Below, one piece after another: positions 46,012 to 58,500 of a DNA stretch of 64,000 bases. A model generated the notes under the pieces. That model was not told the origin of the DNA. It did no database searches and saw only the letters and a program-made list of their open reading frames with translations. The translations under genes were made by a program, and so were the position numbers. Source of the stretch: Naegleria gruberi (Eukaryota). The DNA is taken from NCBI GenBank assembly GCA_000004985.1, contig GG738878.1, one strand, 5' to 3'. Position 1 is the first letter of the stretch. Every line of letters begins with the position of its first letter.

Positions 46012-46838
46012 ATGTCTTCAGGATCCTCTTCTTGCAGTTCATGTGCCCACTTGGATTTCAAGCTCCTGACGAGTGAATATGTAACACAGGCAGCAGTGTT
46101 GGCCACTCAAACTTTTAGTTCAGGAGAGCCATTGTCTAAAGCCTTGAAATTCTCTCCTTTGGATATTTATTATTTCATGGAACATTATGCCAAGATTGCT
46201 GCTCGTGATGGTTTGGGTGCTGTTGCTGTGGATAGAAAATCAAAGTGAGTAATGTTAAATTGTTCATGATCATTCTAATTATTAATATTATTAATTAACA
46301 AATCAATTAATTGGATATATTGGAAATTAGTATGGTTGTTGCTGCAATAATAGGAGAAGATTTAGTCAAGGGAGCAAAAGAAGGAGCAAAGGAAATTGAA
46401 GATCACTACTCTGTAGATGCTCCACTCTTTAAAGTTTTTGGATTATTGGATCATCTTCATGAAAAGTATTGGGAATTGAATACAAATCAATCAAAAGAAG
46501 CATTCTATGTACCTGAAAATATCTCCAAAGTACTGCACATCTATGTTGGAGCTTCATATGAATTTGCTAGACGTGGAGGTGTTTCATTCGAATTGTCCAA
46601 ATTTCTATTGAGAAGTGTTCGTGAAAGAGGCTATACAATGGCACTCTCGGAAGCTACATCAGCCTACTCACAAGGATTGAGAAGAAAATTGGGTTTTGAA
46701 AGCAAGGCCTCTATCTCATATTCTGATGAAGAAACCCAGAAGAAATTCCCTTTTACTGCCTTGATAGAAGAACCACACAAATCTGTGGAAATGATGTGGT
46801 GTATGGATTTAAACTCTAATTCAATTATTAATAATTAA
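46012..46838 (+). CDS. GNAT-family N-acetyltransferase (arylalkylamine-NAT-like); two exons join(46012..46244, 46331..46838)
   Basis: Exon 1 is MSSGSSSCSSCAHLDFKLLTSEYVTQAAVLATQTFSSGEPLSKAL..AVDRKS. The donor is TCAAA|GTGAGT and the acceptor is AAATTAG|T. Exon 2 carries acetyl-CoA-binding-like motifs (FARRGGVSFELSKFLLRSVRERGYTMALSEATSAYSQGLRRKLGFE). Confidence 0.6.
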
Positions 46839-46933
46839 ATTATCAATTAATTGAATTATATTCTAATAGAATCCATCCAATGAGAAAGATATCTTTCACC
46901 TCCAATTAAATTCTAATTTAAAAATTTAAAAAA

Positions 46934-49081
46934 ATGGAAAAACGAAAATCATCTCATCAATTTCGTCATCATCACACAATAACAGCAAGGTCATCATTAC
47001 TATTGATGAATATTTTTCTTCTGATGATATTCAATACAATAACAAATAACAATAATAATTGCTTTGTTTTGGGAGGTTTTTCTCTATTTCCTCCTTCCAT
47101 TTCATATGCTCCGAGTTTCTTGTTTAGAAAATCAATATTATATGATGTGAGTCCGAATGTTGGATTTGAAGAATGGACAGGATATACAATAGAAGCTCTA
47201 GGTGATTTTACCAATCAAAAAACAACAGACTTAATAACAGTTTCATCCGATAGAAAGGCCATTCAAATACTAGTTTGGAATACATACAAGTGGAAATTTG
47301 TAAATCATACACAATTTGATTACCGATTGTCGAATTTAATTGATGAAAATGTGGAAATTGTGAGTCTGGTAGCTTCCGATTTTAATTATGATGGTGCTCT
47401 GGATTTGTTGGTTACTTTGATGGATCCGAGTAGTAGTGAACAACTTTACACACACCATTTCTTATTGGGTGATTTTAAGAGTCTTCGTGATGGTGGATTC
47501 TTGTCATCGAAAACAACCGATCAAATAAGTGTAGTTGATGTGAATGGAGATTTGCTTCCTGACTTATTTTCTACTGATGCATCAACAGGAAAACGAACAT
47601 TTTGGATTAATGATAATGTAGAATACAAGTCGAATGTGCTCAATTATACTCAAATTGACCAGGAGAGTTTTACAGAGACTGAAAATTTGAATCCTCTTGC
47701 CTTTCCAATGGCAGTAATTAATGTTGATATTGATGGAGATTGTGGATCCGATTTAATCATTATGAGTTGTTCACACGCATCGAGTAATACCACTTGTGAT
47801 TCACCTCATTTGGAAATTTGGATTAATGAAATGGGAAAACTCAAGCTCAATACTACAATCAATCTTCCAAAGGGTGCCGGAAGACCTGTGATTTTGGACT
47901 TTGATCATGATGGAGATATGGACATTTTGTATCCTGTTTGTTATCCTTTGGATACTTGTGAGGAAACAAATGAGCTTCATGTCATCTTTAATGACCAGCT
48001 ACCACTCTGCACCGGCATTACTATTGATGACACCAATTGTCGACAAGATACTGACCTCTGTAGGCAGAGTTCATTCTCACTTTCAAAGAGAGCTGTTATT
48101 GAATTGCCCGACTCTAGAAAGAGAATATTGCACCACCTTGATAGTACTAAATTCCACTCAAGACCAGCTACCCTCAGAGTTGGAGATTTTAACCTTGATG
48201 GTTATCCAGATCTTGTTGTCAGTGTTGTCAATACCAAGGATGATCACCAAGAGGTTGGAATTGAATTGTGGCAAAATGTTGAATGTCCAGAAGCAAGTTC
48301 TTCAGAAAATCAATTATTCAATTGTACCCACACAAGTACTTCCAGAACTTTCCAAGTTGTCTCTCAACATGTTGATGCCCTCAATGAGGCATCCATTGCA
48401 AAAGTGCCACCCAAAACAAAAATGAATGAAATGCCCAAGTTGGATGCCTTCTTTTTGGATATTGATGAAACAGGAGTATTGGATATTATTACAATTTATC
48501 ACGATGAACATCTTTACAATAGAACTTTGGGAGCTTTCTTTAATTGCTTCTTCAATGACGCCTACTTTTTAAAAACCATCTCAACCAATGGTGTTACCTC
48601 TAAAGATGGTACATATTATTATGGTGTCAATGCTCCAGGTGTTACTATCAAATTTACCTCCACAAAATTAGATGGAACAAAACAAGCTAACATGCAATCA
48701 CTCATCTCTCAAACTAATTATCTAGCTCTGGAAACGCCTTACAAATTATTTGGATTGGGAAGAACTAATGGCTATGTAGAGGAATTCTTTGTTGGTAAGG
48801 CACATGCCACTAAGGACAGCTCAACCAATTACAAATCATTTAGTGCCATTATTCCAAACTCTCAATTGGTCACTCTCAACACACCACCTAATAAGCCCGA
48901 TTCTTGGGATGTTCAACTCTTTGTGAATCCATCAGGAGCTAGTTTGTGGGTAATTATTGCTGAAATTGTATCTCTCATCTTGTTGGCCATACCAATTCTG
49001 ATTTTATGGTTCCGAGAACATAGAGAAGATAAGAGAGAAAAGGAGGAAGTGAGTAGGGAAATTAGCTCTGTGTTTATTTAA
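46934..49081 (+). CDS. integrin-alpha FG-GAP repeat-containing protein (ITFG1/TIP-like), type I membrane
   Basis: The ORF is 715 aa. It has an N-terminal signal/TM. FG-GAP/Ca-binding-like repeats are repeated (NYDGALDLLVT, DVNGDLLPDLFS, DIDGDCGSDLII, DFDHDGDMDILYP, VGDFNLDGYPDLVVS, LDIDETGVLDIITIY). It has a C-terminal TM (LWVIIAEIVSLILLAIPILILWF) and a short acidic tail. Confidence 0.7.
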   Translation: MEKRKSSHQFRHHHTITARSSLLLMNIFLLMIFNTITNNNNNCFVLGGFSLFPPSISYAPSFLFRKSILYDVSPNVGFEEWTGYTIEALGDFTNQKTTDLITVSSDRKAIQILVWNTYKWKFVNHTQFDYRLSNLIDENVEIVSLVASDFNYDGALDLLVTLMDPSSSEQLYTHHFLLGDFKSLRDGGFLSSKTTDQISVVDVNGDLLPDLFSTDASTGKRTFWINDNVEYKSNVLNYTQIDQESFTETENLNPLAFPMAVINVDIDGDCGSDLIIMSCSHASSNTTCDSPHLEIWINEMGKLKLNTTINLPKGAGRPVILDFDHDGDMDILYPVCYPLDTCEETNELHVIFNDQLPLCTGITIDDTNCRQDTDLCRQSSFSLSKRAVIELPDSRKRILHHLDSTKFHSRPATLRVGDFNLDGYPDLVVSVVNTKDDHQEVGIELWQNVECPEASSSENQLFNCTHTSTSRTFQVVSQHVDALNEASIAKVPPKTKMNEMPKLDAFFLDIDETGVLDIITIYHDEHLYNRTLGAFFNCFFNDAYFLKTISTNGVTSKDGTYYYGVNAPGVTIKFTSTKLDGTKQANMQSLISQTNYLALETPYKLFGLGRTNGYVEEFFVGKAHATKDSSTNYKSFSAIIPNSQLVTLNTPPNKPDSWDVQLFVNPSGASLWVIIAEIVSLILLAIPILILWFREHREDKREKEEVSREISSVFI

Positions 49082-49285
49082 ATAATGTGAATAATATTGA
49101 GTAACAACATAGATATCAGAAATTGGACTAATCTTTATTCGCTGAGCGAAGAATAAATGTAAATTCAGTAACTTCAGTTCAGTAGGGGTCAGTGATTGAT
49201 AAAATATCGCACCAATAACATCAAACCCTTCCTTCCTGTCACTGAACATGTCATCAGTATCTTTGAATTTTCCAACCAAAAAAAA

Positions 49286-51383
49286 ATGTTTGACGCCTCT
49301 CAACCACCAACACCGAAACCACAATCAAAAGGTTTCTTTCTCTCAGATGCAGAAAGTAGTATTGAAGAAGAAGCTCCCAACGACTATTCATCAACCTACT
49401 ACAACAAGGAAAGAAAAGATTTAATTGGAGATGAGCTCATTCTCAAGGTTACTATCAAATCGTGTGATCATCTCATTTCTGCTGATTGGAATGGTTTTTC
49501 AGACCCATATATTGGTGAGTTTTAGTAGAAATGGTTTAATAATTGATTGAAATTTTCATAATTTTTGATTATTTTCATATTTTGGACATTTTTGTATGAA
49601 AATTTATGAAAATTTTGAAATACAATTCGAACGAATTTGTTTTTGAAATAATTGTAACGAATGAATGGATGAAAAATTGATAGAATGTAGATTGTTTGCA
49701 TCAGTACCGATTGCCATTGACAAAGTAACAAAATCATCAACGCAATTGTTACCCGAAGAGTCGAGTGCCATTCCATCAAATTTATCAATTATCCAAAATG
49801 CCAATGCATCAAATGTCAACACTGAAAAACCATCTCCATCCAACAGCCAACAAAATAGATCAGTTTCCTTCTTTCACAGCTCTAAAAACAAGACAAAATC
49901 CACATCAAACATAAACAACATCTCACACAGCAATATCAAAGCTAAAACTCCTGACACTGATAAACCTCTGCACTCAGCTGAATCATCGCTTTCAATCAAT
50001 CACAAAGATGAGGACGTTATTGATGAACAAATCAAATCAGAAATGCAAGAAGGTGAAGCAACTTTACCTGTCAAGTGGAATCAATTAGGAAAGTTTACAA
50101 AAACTTCAATCATTTTCAAGAATTTGAATCCAAAATGGGGAGAAGCAGGAGAGGATTTAATCATGTTCATTGAGAAGGATATCTTTGAACAGGTGCTTTC
50201 TCAAAGACACAATGTGAATAGAACTAAACTATTCCTCCGATTGGATGCATTCGATTATGATAAGTATACTAGGGATGATGTTCTAGGTCATTGTATTATA
50301 GATTTGGAAGCTGAGGATATTTACTCACTCCTGAATACTCCATCTCCGAAATCAATTACAAAACCATTGATTGGAGTCAAGCATGGTTCGATAAATTTCG
50401 ACATTTCACTCATGGAAGATCCAGCAATATTCAATGCTGAACTAGCTCACATTTTACAAAGAAGAAGAGAAAAAGGAAATCTCCTACCGAAATCAATTGA
50501 CATTCTCTTTGATTACGTTCTGGAAAATTGTTGTGAAATTGAAGGAGTGTTGAGAATTCCTGGAAATAGAGCTCATATTTTGAGATTAAAGAAAAAGATG
50601 GACGAAATGATTATTCTCCCAGTTGGAACATTTATTGAGGAATTTGTTCCTGAAGAGACGACTGTAGAGTTTCTACACACTGCAGTTGGTGTTCTGAAAG
50701 AATATTTGAGAGTCATGCCAACTCCAATCATTCAATATGAGTTGTATGATGATTGTATTTCACTAATTGAAACCAAATCATTGAATTTGGAAAAATTGGA
50801 AAGTGTATTGAGGAGAGTTGAACGAGCTCACATTCCACTCTTTCACAAAACGATGCAATTCATGAAAAAGATTGCTGACAAGTCGTCAATCAATAGAATG
50901 ACACCAAAGAATATTGGTATTGTAATGGGTCCTAACATTCTCAGAAGAAGAAATCAAACAGCAGATTCTGCCCTTAGACACGTCAACCACATTACTGGAT
51001 TTGTTGAATTTCTCATCAATTCACACGATCACATTATGAAAGTTTTGGATCAAATCATGTTTGAAGGAATGGATCAAGCAGGAAAATTCGAAACACTCAT
51101 GAACGCTCTAGAAATTGTAACAGTCGAAGAGGAGGAGGATGTTCATTCGGAAAATACTGATCAAGATCAATCGACTATTCTTGCCGAATTGACTATCAAT
51201 GAAAGTAGTAGTAGTAATTCAAATCTCAATCAAGAAGATACCATTTCAATTCTCTCAGAAAAACAGCTCACATCACCACCTACCCCAATTGACCATGCAG
51301 TAATTCCTTCAACTTCCAACACTTCCCTAACCAATTCTTCACAACAAGATAATCAACAAGAACAGCCAACCATTGTTGAGTAA
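49286..51383 (+). CDS. C2-domain RhoGAP protein; two exons join(49286..49514, 49684..51383)
   Basis: Exon 1 ends ..DWNGFSDPYI-G|GTGAGT. The acceptor GATAG|AATGT gives DPYIECRL. The C2 domain continues (NLNPKWGE, DAFDYDKYTRDDVLGHCIIDL) around a Ser-rich insert. The RhoGAP domain is SIDILFDYVLENCCEIEGVLRIPGNRAHI..PLFHKTMQFMKKIADKSSINRMTPKNIGIVMGPNILR. Confidence 0.7.
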
Positions 51384-51551
51384 AATTCTCAAATATTTCT
51401 TGACAAAACTTTTTGTTTTATCAATTTTTGATTATCCAACTTTGAAACGCACATAATTCTCTGCTTGGCAAACCAAAACCTATAAAAGCAAGCTAATTTG
51501 CTTGGGATTTGTTTTTTCAAACTTTTAAAAAACAACAACAAATCAAAATAG

Positions 51552-52982
51552 ATGAATACTCGTTCTACTTCAAACAAGATTGTTTTCAATGGACATTGTG
51601 AGTATGAAGCAATTCCCTTCGAAACAGAATGTGACTTGTATTGTATGGCAACACTGCAAGGTCCATGTTTTGAACAACAAGCTCAGAAGGAGAGAAAGGG
51701 TGTTGATTTGGTTCTGGTGGTTGATAAGAGTGGCTCCATGGCTGGACAAAAGCTGGACATGGTCAAGTCAACACTCTCTTTCATGGTTGATCAGTTGAAA
51801 GAGAAGGATCGTGTGGCCATCGTTGAATTTGACACTCAAGTCAAAACCAATCTTGATCTGACCAAGATGGACATTGAAGGAAAGAAGAAAGCCAAGCAAG
51901 TTTCCTCAGCCATTTCTCCTGGTAGTTGTACCAATCTTTCAGGTGCCCTCTTTACTAGTTTGAAACTATTGGCTTCCAGACAACAGGAAAAGAATGAAGT
52001 TACCTCTGTAATCTTATTCACTGATGGTTTGGCCAACAGAGGTTTGATCTCCACAAACGAAATCCTTCAAAATATGCAAGATTTAATGGATGAATTGTTG
52101 TCCACATCTAACGTGACCATTCATACCTTTGGTTTTGGCCAAGACACAGATGCTAACATGCTCACAAGCATTGCTCAAAAAGGAAATGGCTTGTATGATT
52201 ACTTGGAAACCGCAGATGATATTCCAAAAGCTTTTGGTAATGTGATTGGAAATTTGGTGTCAGTTGTTGGACAAAATATCAAGATTCGAATTCAACCAAA
52301 GGCAAACATTAGTTTGAAGAAAGTTTTGACTGGTTTTAGAGTTTCAGATCTTCCAAATGGAGCTGGTTGTGAAATTAATGTTGGAGATGTGTATTCTGAA
52401 GAGAAGAAGGATATTGTCTTTATATTATCCATTCCAAGACTTTACAATCCATTGGACATTCAAGAGCTAGCTCAAGTTTCACTTTCGTATTTCAACATTA
52501 TTGAAACTGAAAGTGAATTAATTGGATTTGACATGACCATTCAAAGAAATAATATTTCAATCAAATCACAAGCCAACTACCAACTAGATGTCCAAAAGAA
52601 TAGAGTTGAAGTCAGCCATGCTATGGCCACAGCCAAATCACTTTCAGATTCTCAAAAATTACAAGAAGGAAGAACTGTTTTAACTGAATCCATTTCCAAA
52701 GTTCAAAACTCTATCAGTGGACAAGATCACTTCTGTCAAAGCTTGATTCAAGATTTGAGAAAATGTCTACAAAACATGGAAGATAAGCAAAGTTACCAAA
52801 CCATGGGTAATAGATTATTGAATGCTTGTTGCATGCAAAATGTCCAACAAAGAGCTACCAGTAACAACATGTCCACTGCTCAATTATCATATGCAACACC
52901 TGTGCAACGTCTCTATGCTCATAATTTTGCCCAGAATGTTTCTTCAGAAACTCCAACAAAGAAGAGAAAGGAAGAGAAGTAA
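51552..52982 (+). CDS. von Willebrand factor type A (vWA) domain protein
   Basis: The ORF is 476 aa. The MIDAS-type vWA is VDLVLVVDKSGSMAGQKLDMVKSTLSFMVDQLKEKDRVAIVEFDTQ..FTDGLANRG. The C-terminal half has no recognisable domain. Confidence 0.65.
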   Translation: MNTRSTSNKIVFNGHCEYEAIPFETECDLYCMATLQGPCFEQQAQKERKGVDLVLVVDKSGSMAGQKLDMVKSTLSFMVDQLKEKDRVAIVEFDTQVKTNLDLTKMDIEGKKKAKQVSSAISPGSCTNLSGALFTSLKLLASRQQEKNEVTSVILFTDGLANRGLISTNEILQNMQDLMDELLSTSNVTIHTFGFGQDTDANMLTSIAQKGNGLYDYLETADDIPKAFGNVIGNLVSVVGQNIKIRIQPKANISLKKVLTGFRVSDLPNGAGCEINVGDVYSEEKKDIVFILSIPRLYNPLDIQELAQVSLSYFNIIETESELIGFDMTIQRNNISIKSQANYQLDVQKNRVEVSHAMATAKSLSDSQKLQEGRTVLTESISKVQNSISGQDHFCQSLIQDLRKCLQNMEDKQSYQTMGNRLLNACCMQNVQQRATSNNMSTAQLSYATPVQRLYAHNFAQNVSSETPTKKRKEEK

Positions 52983-54125
52983 TTTCTATAAATATTTGAA
53001 TAAAGATAATAATTCCGAATATTCAAAGAATCAATAATTTCCAATTAATTTGTCGACATTTGTTATGCATTCCGAACAATAATTAAATTTTCCAAAGTTA
53101 GCTTCTTGCGTATCCTCCCATTAAATTACTAGATTTTTTTTAATAATTTATTTTTGGGTTGTTTGGTTCTTTGCTTTCTTTTACAATGAATTTAAAAGTT
53201 ATCAATCTAATAATTTTTCTGGTATTCGAGCACATCAATAGAAGGATAGTATGGTTGATTTGATGCTTGTAGTCAATTAATTATCTAATGTAATAGTAAA
53301 GTTTTAAATGTAAAAATTGTAAAATCTTTAGTAGTGAAAATTAGATCAAAAGAAAATTATATGATGGAGAGAATACCTTTAGATACCACTTGTGACTTTT
53401 ACTAGCTTTCTCTCGTTCTACATCATGAGAAAACACCAAAATTTCAGATATCCATGATTGTCGCAAATTACTAAACAAAGACTTGAAATTCTACTTTTAA
53501 TAATTATTACTAAGAGTATCCTGTGTGGTTTTATTGTTGTTTGACTTGTTGTTAGGTCGGGAATCAACTTTGATGGGATGAAATATCGTAAATTGGTAAA
53601 TCGAGCACATGAGGAAAATCTGATAATAAACATGATGTTTATTATCTATTTAAACAGTAGTACTAAAAGACATGATGCAAGTTGGTGAAGTACATGTTGA
53701 GTTATGGTCCATTTTCTTTTATTTAACCAAAATTACATTACTATAAATTAATTTCCACAAATTCTATTATTATATTGATGGAAAAGAATAGGATGAAGGT
53801 TGGCGAATGATCAGATGAAGGTCCACCCACTTGTGATTTTCCATCTTGAAAAATAATTTCCAACTTGATGATACTACTCCAATAGAAAAAATTTCCACTA
53901 CTACTACTATTCAAATAATATCGAGATGGTTCTGCGAAAATATTGATATTTCATCATTAGAAACCACCCGAAGAATCAACAAATCCTAAAAGAACCCATT
54001 GTGAATATTTTTTGCTTTAATTTGTTATTTTTTAAAAAAACAAGAAATCAAAGAATTCATCCAACCATTCATTCATCAAAAAATTAACAACTCACAAACA
54101 CCAACAATATCATCACTACAATTGA

Positions 54126-55067
54126 ATGATGCGTCTTCTTCGTAAACAAGCCAAACCAGTGCAAATTAAATGTTCATCAGAGCCTATTGGAGATGTTGTT
54201 GATATATTTTCGCAAGTTCCTCATGAATTGATGGCCATTATTTGCCGATATTTGAAGCCTTGGGAATTTGTTTCATACTTATCCGGATTGAATTCGTATT
54301 ATTATGGCTTGACGTTGTCTTGTCATGAAGAATTGGATGAGGATGAACATTTCGGAAGGCTCATGTGGAAATATTATTATGAATTGTATTGTTTTGTAAA
54401 TTGTTCATCATTGGAAGAGAAGGATTACAAGACCAGATTCATGCAAGAGTATTTGAGATGGAGTAATCCAAAGGCATGTTTTGGAACAACAAAACATATT
54501 AATATTTCTACAATGAAATTTCAAACTCTTTCAGTTCAGAACACTAGTAATAGAGCTTCTCTTGCCTTGCCGAGTGAATTTGGAATGACAAGTGGCAAAT
54601 TTTACTTTAGAATTGCCTTTGATTGTTGTAAATTAGCATCAGGTGTTGGAATTATTCGTGCCAGTGAAGCCAAAAAAAAGGAAGACCAAACATGTTGTAC
54701 CTATATGAGAGATGGATCTTGCATTTTGCATGATGGCGAAAAAATTACTGATCGAGTTAAGGAAGTGAAAGGAAAAAAGATGAGAGTTTATAATGTTGTG
54801 GAACCTGGTGATGTAGTTGGAGTTTTTCTTGATATAGAGCAACAATTGGTAACATTTAGTGTGAATGGAAAGGAGGTTTTACACATAGTTGATGTTACAC
54901 AATCATATCCAGGAGAAGCATTTCACTTATTCATTTTCCTACCACCAGAGCAATCTTACACCTTGTTACCTTGTCTTAAATCTCCAGATGAGATTAGAAA
55001 TGAGAAACTGATTTTGGAACATGTAAACTCTTCCTCCAGAGAACCTAGAGTGACTATGGGTATTTAA
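54126..55067 (+). CDS. F-box/SPRY (B30.2) domain protein (FBXO45-like)
   Basis: The ORF is 313 aa. The F-box is IFSQVPHELMAIICRYLKPWEFVSYLSGLN. The SPRY domain is ..SGKFYFRIAFDCCKLASGVGIIRAS..GDVVGVFLDIEQQLVTFSVNGKEV... Confidence 0.65.
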   Translation: MMRLLRKQAKPVQIKCSSEPIGDVVDIFSQVPHELMAIICRYLKPWEFVSYLSGLNSYYYGLTLSCHEELDEDEHFGRLMWKYYYELYCFVNCSSLEEKDYKTRFMQEYLRWSNPKACFGTTKHINISTMKFQTLSVQNTSNRASLALPSEFGMTSGKFYFRIAFDCCKLASGVGIIRASEAKKKEDQTCCTYMRDGSCILHDGEKITDRVKEVKGKKMRVYNVVEPGDVVGVFLDIEQQLVTFSVNGKEVLHIVDVTQSYPGEAFHLFIFLPPEQSYTLLPCLKSPDEIRNEKLILEHVNSSSREPRVTMGI

Positions 55068-55518
55068 TCAGTGATATTCTCAATATTTGGTGATCACCAT
55101 TCTATTTTCAAAAGTCTGTACAATTACCAAACATTGAACGTTTAATGAGATTACAAAATTATTAAACAGTTCTCTTTCGAATCATCTCAATTATGTACTT
55201 GCATGTAGTAACAATGCAACAAGCAATTAATCGGAAAGACCATCCGTGATGATCAAGAACCAAGTGTAGAAGATCCTTTCTGTTATTAAGCTTCTTTTAC
55301 GATGACAGCTGCATAATTTAAATTTTTAATTACGCATAATTCCCAAAAAGGAGAAAATTAAACAACTCGCCAGTTGTCTATTTAGCAATCAATTTCAAAA
55401 AAACGCCACAACATTAGTTTTGGTAGACTTCCATATTGTTGTTCCTCGCCAGCATCATTCTTGAAGCCTTTATGCGAAACCTTCATCTCCCAACTAGTAC
55501 ACACTAACAAAGAAGAAG

Positions 55519-58500
55519 ATGAACAAAAGAAAAAGTCTTCATGCTAATTCTTCTAACAGCAGCAGATCATTCAGAGTATTAATATGTGGAGGTGGTGTGA
55601 GTGGTCTTGTATTTGCTCATTACTTGCTCAATCAGGAAGGTTGTGAAGGAATGAAACTTCCAATTGAAATTACCTTTGTTGAGAAGGCAACTAGATATGC
55701 TCAGGTAGGAGCTTTGATTACTGTAGATGGTAGGTTCTTAGTTTGTTTTAATTGTTGTAGGCTAATATCTTTTTGAATGTTTATGAATGTAAACTAATCT
55801 AAATTACACTAAACTAACAATTACAAAAGGACAACAAACTTTGGATATTTTGGGAGATATTGGAGTTTCATCAACAACATTACACGTACCATTGGAGAAA
55901 CATCACTATGTAGACTATAAGGGAAAATTAATTCGTGACTTTGATGCTTCGCTCATTCACAAATATAAGGATATTTCTAAACTATTCGAAAGGGCAACCG
56001 TACATTCGATTCTTTATGATAAAATTGGACCACAGATAGCAGATTTTAGATTTAAAACGGTGGTTCAGAGTATTTCTGAAACTTCTAGAGGACAAGGAGT
56101 CAAGATTCTTCTAGTTGACCGTAACACTTCATCATCAAATGATCGTTTATCCTTGGCGAGTGGAAGATGTGGAGTTTCACCTTCATTGCACATTGATCAG
56201 AATTTGTTAGGTCCTATTGATATCTGTTGAAAAGTTCACGCCGCTTTTTTGCAATGCTCCTTCAAACAATAGAATGCTCCCTTTTCCCGCCAATAAAAAC
56301 CGTTTGGATTGTAAAAATGATAAAATTCTGTTCACTGTGAACGTGTAACTTCTATTCAAATATTCGTATGGATGAACGGTTAGAATTAATCAAAATGAAA
56401 AGAAAGAACGTAGACGCCTCCAGCACTAACAAAAAACAAGCTACACTCGATGGCTTTGTTACCTCCAATCAACAAAATAGCCAAGGAGGAACACAACAGG
56501 ACCAACAAAATAGCCAAGATCAGCAATCAAGCCAACTCAGTCCATCCAACGGCCAAAACCTAACACCTAAATACTCTGCTAAGCAGTTGGATGATGAAAC
56601 TGATTGGATAGCATCTTTATTCAATTTTAACAAAGAAGGATTTGAAAAGGTTTCTTCCAACATTGTGTATCCTAAAATTACCGAAACTCCTACCACTCCT
56701 AAAACCATTCTGAGAAATGTAACTTGCACTGAGGTCAGCCTTGAACTTCTAATTTCAAACATGATTCCAAACCACTTTTGGCAAATACTATTGGACATAT
56801 TAAACACTAACTTGACCAGAGAGAGTACAACTGGAAAAGCATCTTCACACTCAAAGTATTACAATGATATTGATATCTCTCAGCTTTTCTCTTTTTTGGG
56901 AACTGTAATTAGCTTAGAAAACAACCATTCAAAGTTGAATGCCAATGCCAAAACCAATTTACAACAGCTTCGTGCAGAAAAGTTGGATAGCATGATTCCT
57001 GGTTATAGAAGATACTTTTCTTTGATGAAATGTTTTGCTCCTTCTGACCAACAATTTGAATTGATTTCAACAGCATTAAACGATATCACTTTAAATGCTG
57101 TTACAATTGGTTCCAATTTTGTTGTGGACGAAACAGTGTATGCATATCAGATTTCCTCAATCGTTAAAGCAGAGGCTGAACTCTTGCAATGTCCAATTCC
57201 AGTAGTGTACATTCCAAGAAAACCATATCCAAATGGACTTATGTCTTATAAGTTGTGTGTACTATTTCCTGGGTGTAGGAAACCTTATGTTTTAGCCATC
57301 CTTCCTCAATACAAAGTTCCTATGGATTCCCCTCAGGAAGCAATGTTAAAATTGTTGAAAATGGTTCGTGAATGTACTGATCAAAACTTGCATATTACTG
57401 GTGATGCTGCATTTGGTTCATTCACTATCTTTGATGAGCTAATCAAATTGAATGTTGTTGGCACTTTCTCTATTTCAGGTACTGAAAAGTCATGGATCTG
57501 GGATTTGTTGAAGAGAACACTCACTCATGGTAATTGGAAGGCTGCTGAATTTATTTCAAAATCTGTGATCGCTTCTATGCAAAGAAATCCTCAATACCAA
57601 TCAGACAGAGACAAGAAATATCACCATCTTGTTTCGAATGCATTTGATTTTGAACACTGCCAACCATTTCAGCAAACTCTTGCAAATATTCTACCTCCTT
57701 TTTGCAGAAAAATACGGTGGAAAAATTGAAAGAAATTGGAAAGAAGGAACATATCAAATTAAGTAAGCTCACTAAGGATGAAATCATCCAGAAGATTCAA
57801 TTTATTTGCAACTCCACAAATGTAAAATCACTTCAACTACATGCTTTGCATTCGTTTGATCAGAATCAATTTAACGCTACCTCTGCTATCCATCATGACC
57901 ATTATAGACGTACTTTTAATCTTGTCGACATTCAAGATAAGTACCATTATAAGGCTAGATATGCCTATATCATCACTGAGTGGAGAACCAAATTGATGAT
58001 CAGTTTATTGAATGATCTATTTTATAACTTGTTCGCTATTATGAATGAAACTGTTCGAATCAAATATTCAGACTTTAGAAAACTGCTGGCCGAAACCTTT
58101 CTCTCTATGGGAAAGAAACTTGGCGCCAAAAAATAACTCTCCTTCCAATAAACTTCCATTTTAATTTAATTTCACACAAAAAAATTCACCAACTTTAACC
58201 AAGCATATCCTCCTTAATACGCAACTATTCGTAAAAAAAATTACATATGGTATTAGTATCTGATCTTATCTCTTACCACCACAAAATTCAATATTCGATA
58301 TTAAGTAGTTGAGCGAAAAATCGCTTTTCCCAAAAAGGTATATGATGTCATAACTCACTAATTATCTCAATGAAAACAAAAGATTAAATATTCAAAAATG
58401 AATAGGATATAGTATACATGATATGAAATCATTCGTGTAAAATTCAAGATGTTATACCATGTATTAAACTAAATATTTCCTTTTAAAGAGGGAGCACTAG

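Noticed and set aside
56368-58136. Possibility that the piggyBac-like ORF is a domesticated host gene (PGBD-type) rather than part of a transposon
   Set aside because: This is not favoured. The ORF is bounded by matching 40-bp terminal inverted repeats and identical 4-bp flanks, and it sits inside another gene. These are hallmarks of a mobile copy. Domestication cannot be fully excluded without other genomic copies.
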